DNA of 64,000 nucleotides from Pelomyxa schiedti (taxonomy: Eukaryota; Protista; Evosea): NCBI GenBank assembly GCA_020536535.1, contig JAHLWZ010000790.1:124001-188000 (forward strand), written 5' to 3'. Both the position numbers and the translations under genes were made by a program. Shown here piece after piece: positions 13,292-25,500 of this stretch. Each line of letters opens with the position of its first letter. Positions within the stretch are counted from its first letter, which is position 1. The notes beneath the pieces are model-generated. The model did not search any database. It saw only the letters and a program-made list of their open reading frames with translations, and was not told the origin of the DNA.

Positions 13292-14748
13292 ATGGGTGCA
13301 GGCAGGGTGGTGTTGATCTCGGTCGCATTTCCGCTGTTATTGAGTTTCTATTGTTGTTTGACGGTGTATCCTGCTTGGAGGCTCTCTACATTGATACTTT
13401 CTTGTGCCCCCAGCCAGCCCCGCTGTCACGATCACAACGACATCCCAACTTACAATGTGAGCTCTGCCGACATCGCTAGCAGCTCTTCGATTTCTGAAGG
13501 ATCGGACTCGAGAAGCACTGGAGCCGCTCTGGTTTCTTGTGTGGATTGGTGGGTGTGCGTTGTTGTGGGATCCGCAGTTGGGTTGATGCCGTTGGTTGCC
13601 TGGCTTACTGGGAATATGCTCATGCGGTGTGAAGCGGCAAGATACTTCATGAGATTTTCAGCTCAGGTGTTTGGATTTTTATTGTTATCCTTGTGGCCTT
13701 GTTTAGCTTACGAAATCGTGTTGGCTGCAGCTGGCGAGGACCACGTCAACGAACTGGCTGCCGGGATTTCTATTCTCGCTTTGGTTTCAGTGGTGTTTGT
13801 CATTGGCTTGGTTAATGGACGTGCACTGGTAGTCAGAAGATTTACTATCAAATCAAGCAAAGTGCGGACAACGACTACCATTGCTCACATATCAGGTGAG
13901 AGTCACTGCTTTTGCCCCTCTACTTGGTGAGTGTGCAATCTCTTTGTTCTGCTGGTGCATTGTTATTTATTTTCCTCTGATTTTTACATCTTGCGAGTTA
14001 CTTATGGCACATTCAACAGATTTACACATCGGTTCCCGTTCGGCCAGCTGGTGCTCAAAGGTTGTGGATAAAGTCAATTCACTTCATCCAGACTATGTAG
14101 TCATTACCGGTGATCTTGTGGACACTGCAAAACTGAGAGCAAGGGACCTGAAAGCCATTGAACGCATTTCAGTACCTGTTTTGATATGTCTAGGTAACCA
14201 TGACTTCTGGGTAAAAGAAGGTGAATTGGAGAACCTTCTACCCGGCATTGCTGATGATGAAAGTAGCAACAAGCCTATTATTCTGCGGGATTCTATCCTG
14301 AGCGATAGTGGAAAGGACGAGGAGGTGCAGTTTCTCGGAATAGACGATGTTGAGCGTGCTTCTGAGTTCAATTTACGCTATGACGCATTAGCGGCTTCCT
14401 CTCAGTTTGATTCGTCAAAGTTTACCGTACTCCTCCACCATAGGCCACACAATGCAGGGGTAACCCATGTTGCCAAAACAGCTAAAGTTGACCTATTCCT
14501 GTCCGGACACACACATGCAGGCATGTTTCCACTCTAGTTAAAACTAAATCGCCAAGCTTACACACCAAACAGGGCAAATGTACCCAATGAACTTCCTAGT
14601 GATGATAGCCTTCAGGCACGTCAGTGGCTTTTTCCGCAAGGACTCCACGTCGTTTTATGTTTCACCCGGGACAGGAACGTGGGGCCCAGCCGTTCGGCTC
14701 TGTTCTTTCAACACTGTCGCTCTTTTCACCATCACTCCAGACAGCTGA
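13292..14748 (+). CDS. Transmembrane calcineurin-like metallophosphoesterase (TMPPE/YkuE-like)
   Basis: N-terminal hydrophobic helices followed by DLH, GDLVD, GNHD, HH and GHTH metal-binding motifs. Confidence 0.9.
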
Positions 14749-14862
14749 ACACAAGGAACTGACTATACATTATGTATATTGTCACAAGTCCGCTTCCTCA
14801 GTCTAGACTGAGGGGTCGTAACCAAAGCGTAATAAATAAACAACTTCATTGTTGGTATCAAA

Positions 14863-15556
14863 ATGAACTATGTCTCAGAGTTGGGTGTTTACATAGGGGG
14901 AGAGAGTGTTGCATCAGACATTGCGGTGCTAAGACAGGAGAGAATAACACATGTTGTGAATTGTGCTGTGGGAATACCCAACTACTTTGAGGGCGAAATG
15001 AAGTATTTGAGGCTGTCATTGAGGGACAGTCCTAGTGAAGACTTTTTGCGTGTGCTGCCTATTGTTTTGGACTGGATGAGTGAGTCCTGTTTTATTTTTC
15101 CCCTTAGTTTTAACTGTCATCTCTTAGATGCTATCCCAGCAGAAGGAAATAAGCTGCTTATTCATTGTAGAGAAGGTGATGCAGTGGAACAGTACTCTTT
15201 GTACAGGAACTCACAGGTTTTCCACAGGGAATTCTAGATCAGCAGCAGTTGTAATTATGTTGCAAATGGCCAGGAAAAGGCTGAGTCTCAAAAGTGCCTA
15301 CTCATTGCTAAAGTCAGTTAGACCCAGTGTGTGGCCCAATTCCGGGTACTGGAGGCAATTGGCGGCACTGGAGGCTGAGCTAGGTTCCAGTGAATCTGGT
15401 GTAATTATGGGACGACCCGGCACGGACCTCGTACCCATTTTCACCGAGAGGTTGATGGAACTGGGACACGACCGCATTAGAACAAGGAAGGCACTAATGC
15501 TATCAGGAAACGACTTTGACAATGCGGAAATGTTGCTAAATCAAGGCTCTGTATGA
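14863..15556 (+). CDS. Dual-specificity phosphatase with a C-terminal UBA-like domain
   Basis: ITHVVNC, LRDSPSED, spliced HCREG/NSRS (CX5R), VRPSVWPNSGY; C-terminus LMELGHDRIRTRKALMLSGNDFDNA resembles a UBA domain. Confidence 0.9.
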
Positions 15557-15699
15557 CAACAGCACGAAAAAGTTCTTCTTTCTGAGAGCTGTCCTCTCAT
15601 GACACGTGGGTTGTGCCCATAACACAGAACAGACGAAAACAGTTTGAGTGATCACTTCTCGGAAGCACCCGCCAAGGGACGAAATAAAAAAAAAGGCGT

Positions 15700-17059
15700 A
15701 TGAGGGCACTAAGATCCGACGTTGACGAGTCTCACAAGGAACTCGTTGCTGTTCCTGATTATATTTGTGATGCATTGGATCCTGTCTCGTGCAAAGTTCT
15801 TTCTCGTTGTTTCTTTCTCTTATGTTTCTTCTTCTCTTTTGCGGGCACTTTTTTTTTTTTTGCTTTATGAACTGACCCTTTGTTAGTGGAATTCAACAAA
15901 CTAAAAGAAATACCAGAAGAATTTGGTCGTCTGACTGCTTTGGAGGACTTGAGGGGTGTGCAGGAAACAAACATTTAATTGAATAATAATGCAGTCCACT
16001 GAAGTGAATTGGAACCTAATCACGAAGCTGCCTACGAGTTTCTCATCTCTTACCAATCTACAGTGGCTCAATTGTAAAAGTTTTCTGTACTTAGTACCTG
16101 TAACAAAAGCTCTGCAGTGGACAACAACCAGTTCACTCAAGTTCCAACTCAATTATTCCACTTGACCAACTTAGTTGAGTTACATTGTAATTTCCAGTTT
16201 CCTACCGGGATTCTCTCACACCCCCTAGTGGAAAGCAATTCCATTTCGCTCATTCCTGCTGAGTTAGGCAACTTAGTCGAACTGAGATTTCTTTCTTGTA
16301 AGCCATAACCAGTGCATTCAGTTTAATAACTAATAGTCTGGGGAAACCGGATTTCTGAAATACCCCCTTGCTTGAGTGTTTTGACAAATCTGAGAGAATT
16401 GAGCTGTACTTTCTGTAACTGTATTTGACACACTAACTCCTTATTGTGGGTGGAAACGCTCTCACTCAAGTTCCAGTGTTCATTTCAACTCTGATTAATT
16501 TGAATAGCTTGTCTTGTATGCTATAGTACATAAATGAAGAAGCTCAGCTAATAGGCGTTCTAGTAGAGAGGAATAGAATAAGTCTCCTACCAGCCGAGTT
16601 AGCTTTACTTTCATCGTTGCATACACTAAATGGTAAACAAGAAAACCCTGAAAATCACAGAACCAACAAAAAATGTACCCAGTCTCTTACAACCTTTTGA
16701 CGGACCTCCCACCTCAATTGGGAAAGCTAAGAAATATGTCTCTCATAAAAGGTGTGTTCCCATCTCTAGCCAAAACTCTCACTTAAACAAGCGCATTCAA
16801 ATGCATTGAAAAGATTACCACTATCCATAACTGCTCTTAAACATCTCAATTTTTGTTACTCAAGCAGTACTACTGGAATCTCATGTACCCCTTCTTCGAA
16901 TACTTAGAAAACTAACAACACCTAGTGAAGGACAACCCACTAAAATTTGATCACTGGCCGCGCTTTAGCATGTACTGTGATAGGCTAAACAGATTGAAGA
17001 TACCCGTAACATTTGTGTGTAAACTAGAGCCGACTAGGGAACCAATAAGATTTTCTTAG
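15700..17059 (+). CDS. Leucine-rich repeat protein, one 23-aa repeat per 69-nt exon
   Basis: Successive exons encode NKLKEIPEEFGRLTALEDL, NLITKLPTSFSSLTNLQWL, NQFTQVPTQLFHLTNLVEL, NSISLIPAELGNLVELRFL, etc. Confidence 0.88.
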
Positions 17060-17197
17060 GTTTATGGCTGGTGTCATGGGGCAACCACATCGGGGCTACC
17101 ATTGTATCTTATAAGACGTATTATCAAATGGGCAGTTCTACTGGGAATCCAATAAAACAATTCTAGAAAATACGAAATAGGGGCATACATTTTTTTT

Positions 17198-20100
17198 TTA
17201 AGAGGCATACAAGACAAATCGGTAGGCGGTTGTTTTGTCCTCATCAATGAACGGGAACCATTGCACATAGTTTGTTCCCCTAGTTGAATGTTAGGTAAAT
17301 CACTTTAGGTTGGTTAATGTTATTAATTGCAACACACCACATGTTGTTGAACACATTGAAGGAAATTCCATTGTCAACAGATGTAAAAGGGGTTAGTGGT
17401 GTTGGGAATGGGTCCAATACACCAACACTAACGAGGGGAACATCCAATGATCCCACAGCAAAGAACCCACTCTCATCCGCCAGTGTGAATTGAAACCCAA
17501 AGTCGGCAGTGGTGTCAATTCCATGCAGGTGTGATGATCCATTGACTGCAATGTCAAGGGGGTCCACAGATTCTCCTGTTTTTATCAGGTTCCATGTCCC
17601 AGAGTTGGTATTGGGATTGAACTGGAAGAATCCGGCCTCAGCTAGCCTAGTGGCAGTTTTTTCAACCATTGTGAGGGTTATGGAGAGTGAAGAGGAAGTT
17701 GTGTGCGGTTCTATGGATATCCATGCAGTTGATGGTGCACCATAGTAAACATGGCATTCATCTGAGAATGAAATCTCTGCCATTACTTCGCATTCACTTC
17801 GTTGCCACAGCGAAAGTAATGAGGGATACCAGGTGGCATGCTGTGGGTTTGCCTCGTCCATCCCAGGTTTACCAAAGTCTTGTGTCTGTTAGGATTATGA
17901 AACGGTTCGGAAGGTGAAACCTTTTTCTGCCCATGAAGGTGGTGGCTAGCCTCTGGTAAGGACACAGGCAAAATATAAAAAAAGAGTAAAAACCTGGGTA
18001 TAGAAGTACTCATTCAAGTAATTGTCAAAATCGGTGTTATCGAAGGTCTTCAAAGTGTTAAATTATGTCATCCAGTAATGGAACTAAAACCTGGTAGACA
18101 AAGGCAGCCACTTGTTTCTCAGTTGATGCCCAGTTGTGGCCAGTTTTTATATTATTCAGAAGACTTAGTCCTCCTTGAGTAGAATCGAATTGGAACACAA
18201 GATCGCCACAAGCAAATGATGTTGTAAGCGGAACAGAGGTATATCCGTTATTCAAAGGATCCGGAATAGCTGGGCGCAACTGTGACAATCAGAAAACAAG
18301 AGTGGGGGTAGTCTTTATTACCTTCTCCAGTTCGTCATAAATTTGCTGTGCAAGTGAGGAATTTTCCCCAAGAGAAAGTATGGCATTATCCAAATAGGCA
18401 CGCTGCTCCCGCCATGAATTTTCCATTGTTACAAAGTTGGATTCATTTCGAACTGCCTCAAATTGTTCGTTGGACCAATTGGTCTCATCATGTAAGTTGG
18501 TTTTCACCTACATTCATTAACCTTACAGTGATGGAGAGAGGACATACATCCAGACCCCAGGTGTGTTCCGCAGACTTGAGTAAAAGGTTGTTGAAGTTTA
18601 CAAATGAGGGATTATCATAAGAACACTCTGGATCCCCAGTTTCCACACACTGTTTTCTCAAACGTGAAATGGTAGAGAATTCAGCGTTCTTGTATGGATC
18701 AGAGGGGACTCCATACATCCACGTATCACCCACTTCACTTGTTACAATAGGGAGTTGATCCTAAAACAAAGTCAGATGAGAAACACTAATACAGACACTA
18801 CTTTAATTTTTTCCAATTGTATGACGAAGTCATCAAGTGTTGACGTTATAATTTCAGCATTTTGATATCTAAATTGAATATCCTTGTATATCCCTATAAC
18901 ATCAGCAGCACTGTGTGGCCCGTCATTGTCACTCTTCCACACAGTAGCAAGGGCATATGGCCAGCCCTCAACTGTCACTAAATCTGATAGAGTGAAACCC
19001 CCATAGCCGCCTGGGTGTATGAAAACAATCACTTCTCCACCACTTTTGTTTGCAATGGACAGTGAGTCCAAACACAAAAAAGAAGTTTAAAACCTATTGG
19101 GATCACGCCAGACAAATGGACTGCTCAATGCTGCAGGAGGTGTTGCCCCATTTACCCCAATGGAAATGGCTCGTATACCCTTGGAATTAAGAATAGGAAT
19201 TGCTTCAAGGTATTACTCTTAAGTAAGTTAATTCAATTGAGAAGTACCTGACCGTGTCAGCATAGGAACATCACGCTGATTGAGAACAATGGATGAAGTG
19301 TGGCCAGAGATAGCATCTAGCCTGTGATTGTATTCGAGAGCTTCGGCAAGAAGGGAAGGATCAAACAACTCAACCTCAGCAGTAAATGGGAGTGCCCCCC
19401 AGGTGATATTACCCGACTAAAGGAACCAATCATTAAGAGTTCTAAAGAGAACGCAAGGCCTACAGCTATTGTACGCAATACATCATCTCTTTCTGCTTGC
19501 GTAGGGCAGCGTAGGGTTCCATAGTCTTGTGGAATGAGAAGGTTTTCACAATTTTCGTCAAGGTAGAAATTCCTGTGAAAGAATGAACTGGAAAATATAC
19601 GAAATATACTGGCCATACAAAAGCCATGGAGCTTCACAAGTCCAAATATAGTGAGCATCACCACCCAAAGATGCAAGTTCGTCCACAGTCCGAACCGCTT
19701 TGGGGAAGAACCTCTGGAAATACCTGTCCAGTTGCTTTAAGCTCCCAAAAACAAAACAAAAAAAAAAAGTTCAAGGAACTCACGAATCAGTTACACCTAT
19801 GAGGTAGTCTGTGAACCTACAGTGTGTAAGACTGTTTTAAAAGAAATACAGTGGCGGTACAAAAATTTGACAACAAAATAACAGTAACAAGAACAAACTC
19901 GACAGTCAAAAAAAAAAAAAAAAGGCCTGAATTCAAACTGCACACCCGGCATCAAAGTGATTTGACCAAACGACGTAAAGGTACTGAATATCACTGGGTT
20001 TGATCCCATTATTGGCCGCAGATACGCCCACACCACGGTCACTAAATAGAACGGACAACGACAAAACCACACCGAAAACTAACCACCCACGCCCCATCAT
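17198..20100 (-). CDS. Secreted DUF5054-like (GH38-like fold) putative glycoside hydrolase
   Basis: Signal peptide MMGRGWLVFGVVLSLSVLF; YVVWSNHFDAG/FTD, YFQRFFPKAV, GDTWMYGVPSDPYK, AEHTWGLD, NGSSHLHG, FNVFNNMW/GTNYVQWFPF. Confidence 0.8.
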
Positions 20101-20405
20101 TGGCCGAACGACTTTTACTTGAAGATGATACTTCCTCTGAGCCTTTCTTCTGAGGACTCAGGATTCGGCGTTGAGGAGTGATACACCCACCCTACAATTG
20201 GAGGCCCAGAGAACAAGCTTGAGTGGGGGTGATTTTTTGGATAGAAAATTGGCGATTTGGAAATTATTCGGTAACCAACTGCGACAGTTGTATTTAATCG
20301 GATCAGGTGACGTTCTCAATCTCAATAGAAATTCTACACATTATTTTCTTTTTTGTTTCGTACGAAATCCACCCCGGCCCGTAGCGGGAAAGATCATCTC
20401 AGGAA

Positions 20406-22112
20406 ATGAAGGTGTGTTGGCGTGTGTGGACTGTCGTGGTTATCGCGTTTTTTCGGGGCGTTACGTTGTCGTCTTTACCTCGCGCATAGTCGCCCTTTTT
20501 TTTTTTTTTTTTTTGCTTTCCCCTCGTATCTCTTTTGTTGTTGGTGTGGTTTGTTGTTTTTACTGTGGTAGTTTACAAACCGTTTTTCTTTTTCTTTTTC
20601 TCTTTCTCTTTATAGCTCAACATCGCCAGCCCCTCGACGGGCAAGCAAGCAACCTTCGACATAGAAGACGAAAAGAAACTGTACGCAAACCACTTACACA
20701 CCCTTACACAACTGGACGCGCCCCTCACGCGCTTTTTTTTTTTTTGTCAGTGCCGTCTTCTGGGACAAGCGCATTGCGCAGGAGGTTGACCTGACCACAG
20801 TTGCACCAAACTTCAAGGGCTACATTGTCAAGATCACCGGTGGATATGACAAACAGGGTTTCCCCATGAAACAAGGAATTTTGTTGAACTCTCGAGTCAG
20901 AGTTCTACTTGATGGATGTGAGTTTACTATCTTTCCGTGCCCGTTAACTGAAGCTTTGCTTCTCAGCTTCCGGCTGCTTCCACCCCGCATTCAAATCAGA
21001 ACGCAAACGCAGAACAGTCAGGGGCTGTGTTTGTGGACCCGATCTTTCTATGGTCAACTGCATCATTGTGAAAAAGGGTGTTGAGGAACTGGACGGTCTC
21101 ACAAATCAAACCGTTCCCCGCCGTCTTGGCCCCAAACGTGCTTCCAAGATCAGAAAACTCTTCGTGAGTCGTTTGTTCCTTCATTTCTTGTATTAATGGT
21201 TTGCAGGGCTTGACCAAGCAAGACGATGTCAGAAAGTACGTAATTAAGAGGGTCGTTACCCCCAAAAAGGAGGGCAAGAAACAACACGTCAAGGTTGGTT
21301 TCCCGTTTGTCTAATCCACAATGACTTTTTGGCAGTCCCCTAAAATTCAACGACTTGTTACCCCCAAAGTCATTCACATGTGGCGGAGAAAGAAATGGGA
21401 CACCGTTGAGAGACAACAGAAGTCTCATCTTGCCGCTGTTAAGTACCACGAACTTCTTGAAAAGCTTCGTGAGGAGAAGAAACAGGCCAAGAGGAAAGCA
21501 GCACTCAAGGTGAAAGCCGAGAAGAAGAAGGCTCCCGCTGTGAAGGCGAAGGGCCCAGCACCAAAGAAGGCCAAGACAGTCAAGAAAACACCCACCAAGA
21601 AAGTCGCCGAGAAGAAGCCCAAGAAGGCAGCCCCAAAGAAAGACGTGACCAAGAAGCCAGCTGAGAAGAAAGCTGCCACCAAGAAACCAGCCGCCGAAAA
21701 GAAGCCAGCGACCAAGAAGCCCGCAGAGAAGAAGGCTCCCGCCGCCGGCAAAAAGGCCGAGCCCAAAAAGGTAGCAGCCAAGAAACCCGCCACCGAGAAG
21801 AAGCCAGCACCCGCCAAGAAGCCAGCAACCGAGAAGAAGGCCCCCGCTGCCAAGAAGCCAGCAACCGAGAAGAAGCCCGCCGCTGCCAAGAAGCCCGCCG
21901 CTGAGAAGAAACCAGCAGCAGCAGCCCCCAAGAAGCCCGCCGCTGCCAAGAAGCCCGCAGCAGAGAAGAAGCCAGCAGCAGCCCCCAAGAAGCCCGCCGC
22001 TGAGAAGAAACCAGCAGCAGCCAAGAAACCAGCCGAGAAGAAGCCCGCCGCTGCCAAGAAGCCCGCCGGAGAGAAGAAGGCTGAGAAGCCAAAGGCACCC
22101 GCCAAGAACTAA
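20406..22112 (+). CDS. RPS6: 40S ribosomal protein S6 (eS6) with a long Lys/Ala/Pro-rich C-terminal extension
   Basis: ATG AAG, intron 20412-20615, then [62 protein letters not shown]. Confidence 0.97.
21530..22109 (+). repeat. Coding tandem repeat ([12 protein letters not shown]-type units) in the RPS6 tail
   Basis: Repeated aagaagcccgccgctg / gagaagaagccagca units. Confidence 0.95.
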
Positions 22113-22558
22113 AAAACTGTTGGTTTTTTTTTTACTTGGTCTTTTCTATCTTTTTCGTTTTTTTTTTACCTTTCAAAGGCCCCCATCACATCGAGCATAA
22201 ACTCACGGAATGGTGCATCGTCAACATCGGCTAATCAATGATGAACAAATCGGGGCAACACCAACACGCGAGGGCACAGTTGTTCTCAGCAATGCACGGC
22301 ACCGGAGTGTATGATGGCTGCGATGGTTCCCAAAACAACACAACAATGTACCAACACTGAATGTTGGCGGTCTTTATGGCTGCTTCTCTTTTATTAGGTC
22401 AGGGTTATTCTTCATTATGGTTGGGTGTTTTAGGCCGTATCCTTGGTGGTACGGAATTGTGATGGTTTTCTTGATTGTTGATTTCGGCAAGAAAATAACG
22501 GGCAAAAGAAAAAATCCTGTTAAAAGGACCCACAAGGCAGTTTGTTTGTCCAAAGTAT

Positions 22559-25500
22559 TCAGTGCAAGGTGGAAATGATAGACTGCAGTCGCTGTATGAC
22601 TTGAACAATGCACGGCCTCTGTTTTGGTTGGTGAGAATGTAGATATGCTGTTGGCAACAGACCTTGGCTGGATCAGGAGCCCAGCAATCTGAGAGGAGGG
22701 CTTTCTGAGAATCACGTTTGAGTAAAGAGTGTTTGTAGCTGTGAAAGAAGGATGAGGGTTTACCAATTCCCGCGGTGTCTCTTGGTCGGCATGATTTGTG
22801 TGGAACAATGTTTGGAATCTCCGGTCTGTGGTCTTCACATGTAATCTTGAGAATCAGTTCCTCTTGAGACAGCATCCGCCCTCTGCGCTTTGTAGGATCT
22901 TTGGGCTTAGGTGGGTACCACAGCCATTCTTCCGTGAATAGTTCCCAGAGAATAAGCGCAAACGAGTAGCTTGTGAGTAATGGTTAGGAGCGACGAAATA
23001 ACAAAATGAGGGTTCCATACATGTCGTACGCCTTTGAAACAGGTGCTGTTCCAACAAGTATTTCCGGCGGTATGTATTGCCCTAGAGAGATGTTTTGTTC
23101 GCCATCGTTTTTTGTTTAAAGAGGGGAGTAACATGTGCCGATATTCGGGTTGGGGTCTGGCGCCACTGCAGTGGAGGCCACGCTACAGGAGCAACCGAAG
23201 TCGGTGAGCTGTTCCCAACGGTTTTTTGGATTGTTCAGTTGTTTTGTCTGCAACGGTAATACAATAATAACCTTAATCTTCCAGGTGCGGTCAACCAGAA
23301 CATTTCCGGGCTTCAAATCTCTGAGTGAGGTCAAACTGGAGGAAATAGCTGTAATTGGGGGCTGTACCGGTGTACAATATCCTTCTCATGCATGTGATCG
23401 ATGGCGCACGCCTGTGTAAAATGGGAGGAAAGGATGGAAATTTACGCCATACCACTTGAAGAGCAATATTAAGTTTCATGGGGAAAGTTACGTTCCCTCG
23501 AAGTTCCTCAGGGAGGTCGTTGGTGGGGTGAATCAAAAGCTCCAGATCCGCAGCCATGCGCTCCATAACAAGGACTGCACGCCCTTTTTCATCAACAGAG
23601 CAGCCTATCTGGATTAACTTCGTATGATAAAAGTGGCTTGTTACCCATTAGGAGGACAATATTGGGGTGGTGCAACAATCTGGAATTGAGTAAAAGATAA
23701 GGATGAACAGTCAAGGAGTAGAATTAGACGGCCAGGAAACACCTGAAAATTTCCAACTCCCGTAGTAAAGCCTTCTTAGATATGGTGTCCAGCCCCTTGC
23801 CGATTTTAACGGCAACCTCTGTGACACCAAGTGATTCTAAAAAAAGAAAAGAATTAGGAGGCACCCATCTGCATTTTTACATTTTTTTGTGTTGGTTATG
23901 TACCCTGACCCAAAGAATCTCATGCAACACAAGCTCTCTGGTTCAATCCACAAGTCGGGGTATGTACTTTGCAAAAGTTCGGAGATGCTCTGTGGTTGTT
24001 GTATTTGGCGTTGCTCTTGCTGTTGTTGCAGTTGCATCCGTTGTGGTTCCAGTTGCTGTTGCTGTTGCTCTTGTGCTTCCTTTTCCAGTTCCAGTTTCAG
24101 TTCGAGTTGCTTATGCTGCTGCAGTTGCAGCTGCTGTTGTACTTGCTCTTGTTGCTGCTTTTGAAGTTGTAGTTCCTGTTGCTGTTGTCGGTGGTCTTGT
24201 TGCTGTGTTAACTGTTGTGTCAATCTGGGCACCTTTGGTGGTGGGGGAGAAATTGGTGTATCTTGAACTTCCGGCGAGGGCTGTTTATTTTTGGGGCAGA
24301 GCGACATTTGGTAGGTTTCGTTATTCCATGTGATGCTGAAGAAATTGCCAATAACACGTGCAGCATCTCTTGGTGCTACGTGAATGCATCGCTGGTGATG
24401 TTTGACCTTTATATTTGCTGACAGGCTTTTTTTTGTTATGTTTTGTGTTTTTGAGTTAAATATAAAGGGAGAAGTCTTCACATTCAATCACGGCAGACAA
24501 ATATACGTGATTGTCACATACTCTCTGCGCATATTCCGGCCCAGCTTCTGGCTCAGTGCCTGGTAAATTACCTTGTAAGGGACGGAGGGATGCCCTTGAC
24601 GGTGAAGTATGTTGGCACCGGTGCTCTGGCCCCCACGACGACGAGGACGGCGGCGGCGGCGGCGGGGCAGGCGACGCTGTTGTCGGCGCAGCGGCGGAGG
24701 AATGGGTCGTGGGCTGTGGCGGAGAACGCTCCTGTGTGGCATGTGGCCCCGCCTCTGCCTGCGACGGCGACGACGGCCCCTTGGGTCCCCCGCTGCCATA
24801 CGAGAAAGGGGTTGTACTACACACTGACGTGCTTGTAGGGGGCAATGAGTGCTCCCCGCGCCACCGCGGGCACCGGTACGACATTTCCCCAAGCACCAAA
24901 CAACAGTTCTATCTCAAAATTTTAAGTCCCATCACCACAAAACATTGCGCCCTCAAAAAACCGCCGCACCACTAAAAAAAAAACGAAGTTGTCTTGATTT
25001 ACACCAGTGGGCATTTGTGATGAGAAGGAGGCCTTCATTTCGTCAGGCATGAGTCCCTGCCAAAAGGTAGTAGAGTCTCCATATCTCGCTGTGAGAACGC
25101 TGTGAGGTTTGGAAACTGAGGGAAAAGCAGCCTTTGTATTTCTCATGTGACTTCTCTCCTCCGATTTCTCTTCTGTGTGGCAAGTAAGTTAAGTTAAATT
25201 TAATTTATACAGTAAAAACGCCAGGTAGTAACTGCAGCATGGCATCAATCCACTTCACTTCAAAGAAGGTTGGTTGACAGACAGGTTATATCCTCGATAT
25301 CTATGGAGAAGGGGAAAAAACTCACAGCATTATGCCACCCCAAAGGGCAGCTGATGCCAAAACGTCCCCCAACTCTCACCTGCGCCAAGTTAATTTAATT
25401 GTATAGAGGATAACTTGTGGCAAACCTCTCACAAGTCAGGATCGAAGCCAAAAATGCCGAAAAGTAAGCTTGAAGTAGAGTCCCTGCCAAAAGGTAGTAG

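Noticed and set aside
21425-22105. Long hydrophobic antisense ORFs over the RPS6 tail
   Set aside because: Stop-free antisense frames produced by the Lys/Ala/Pro codon repeats.
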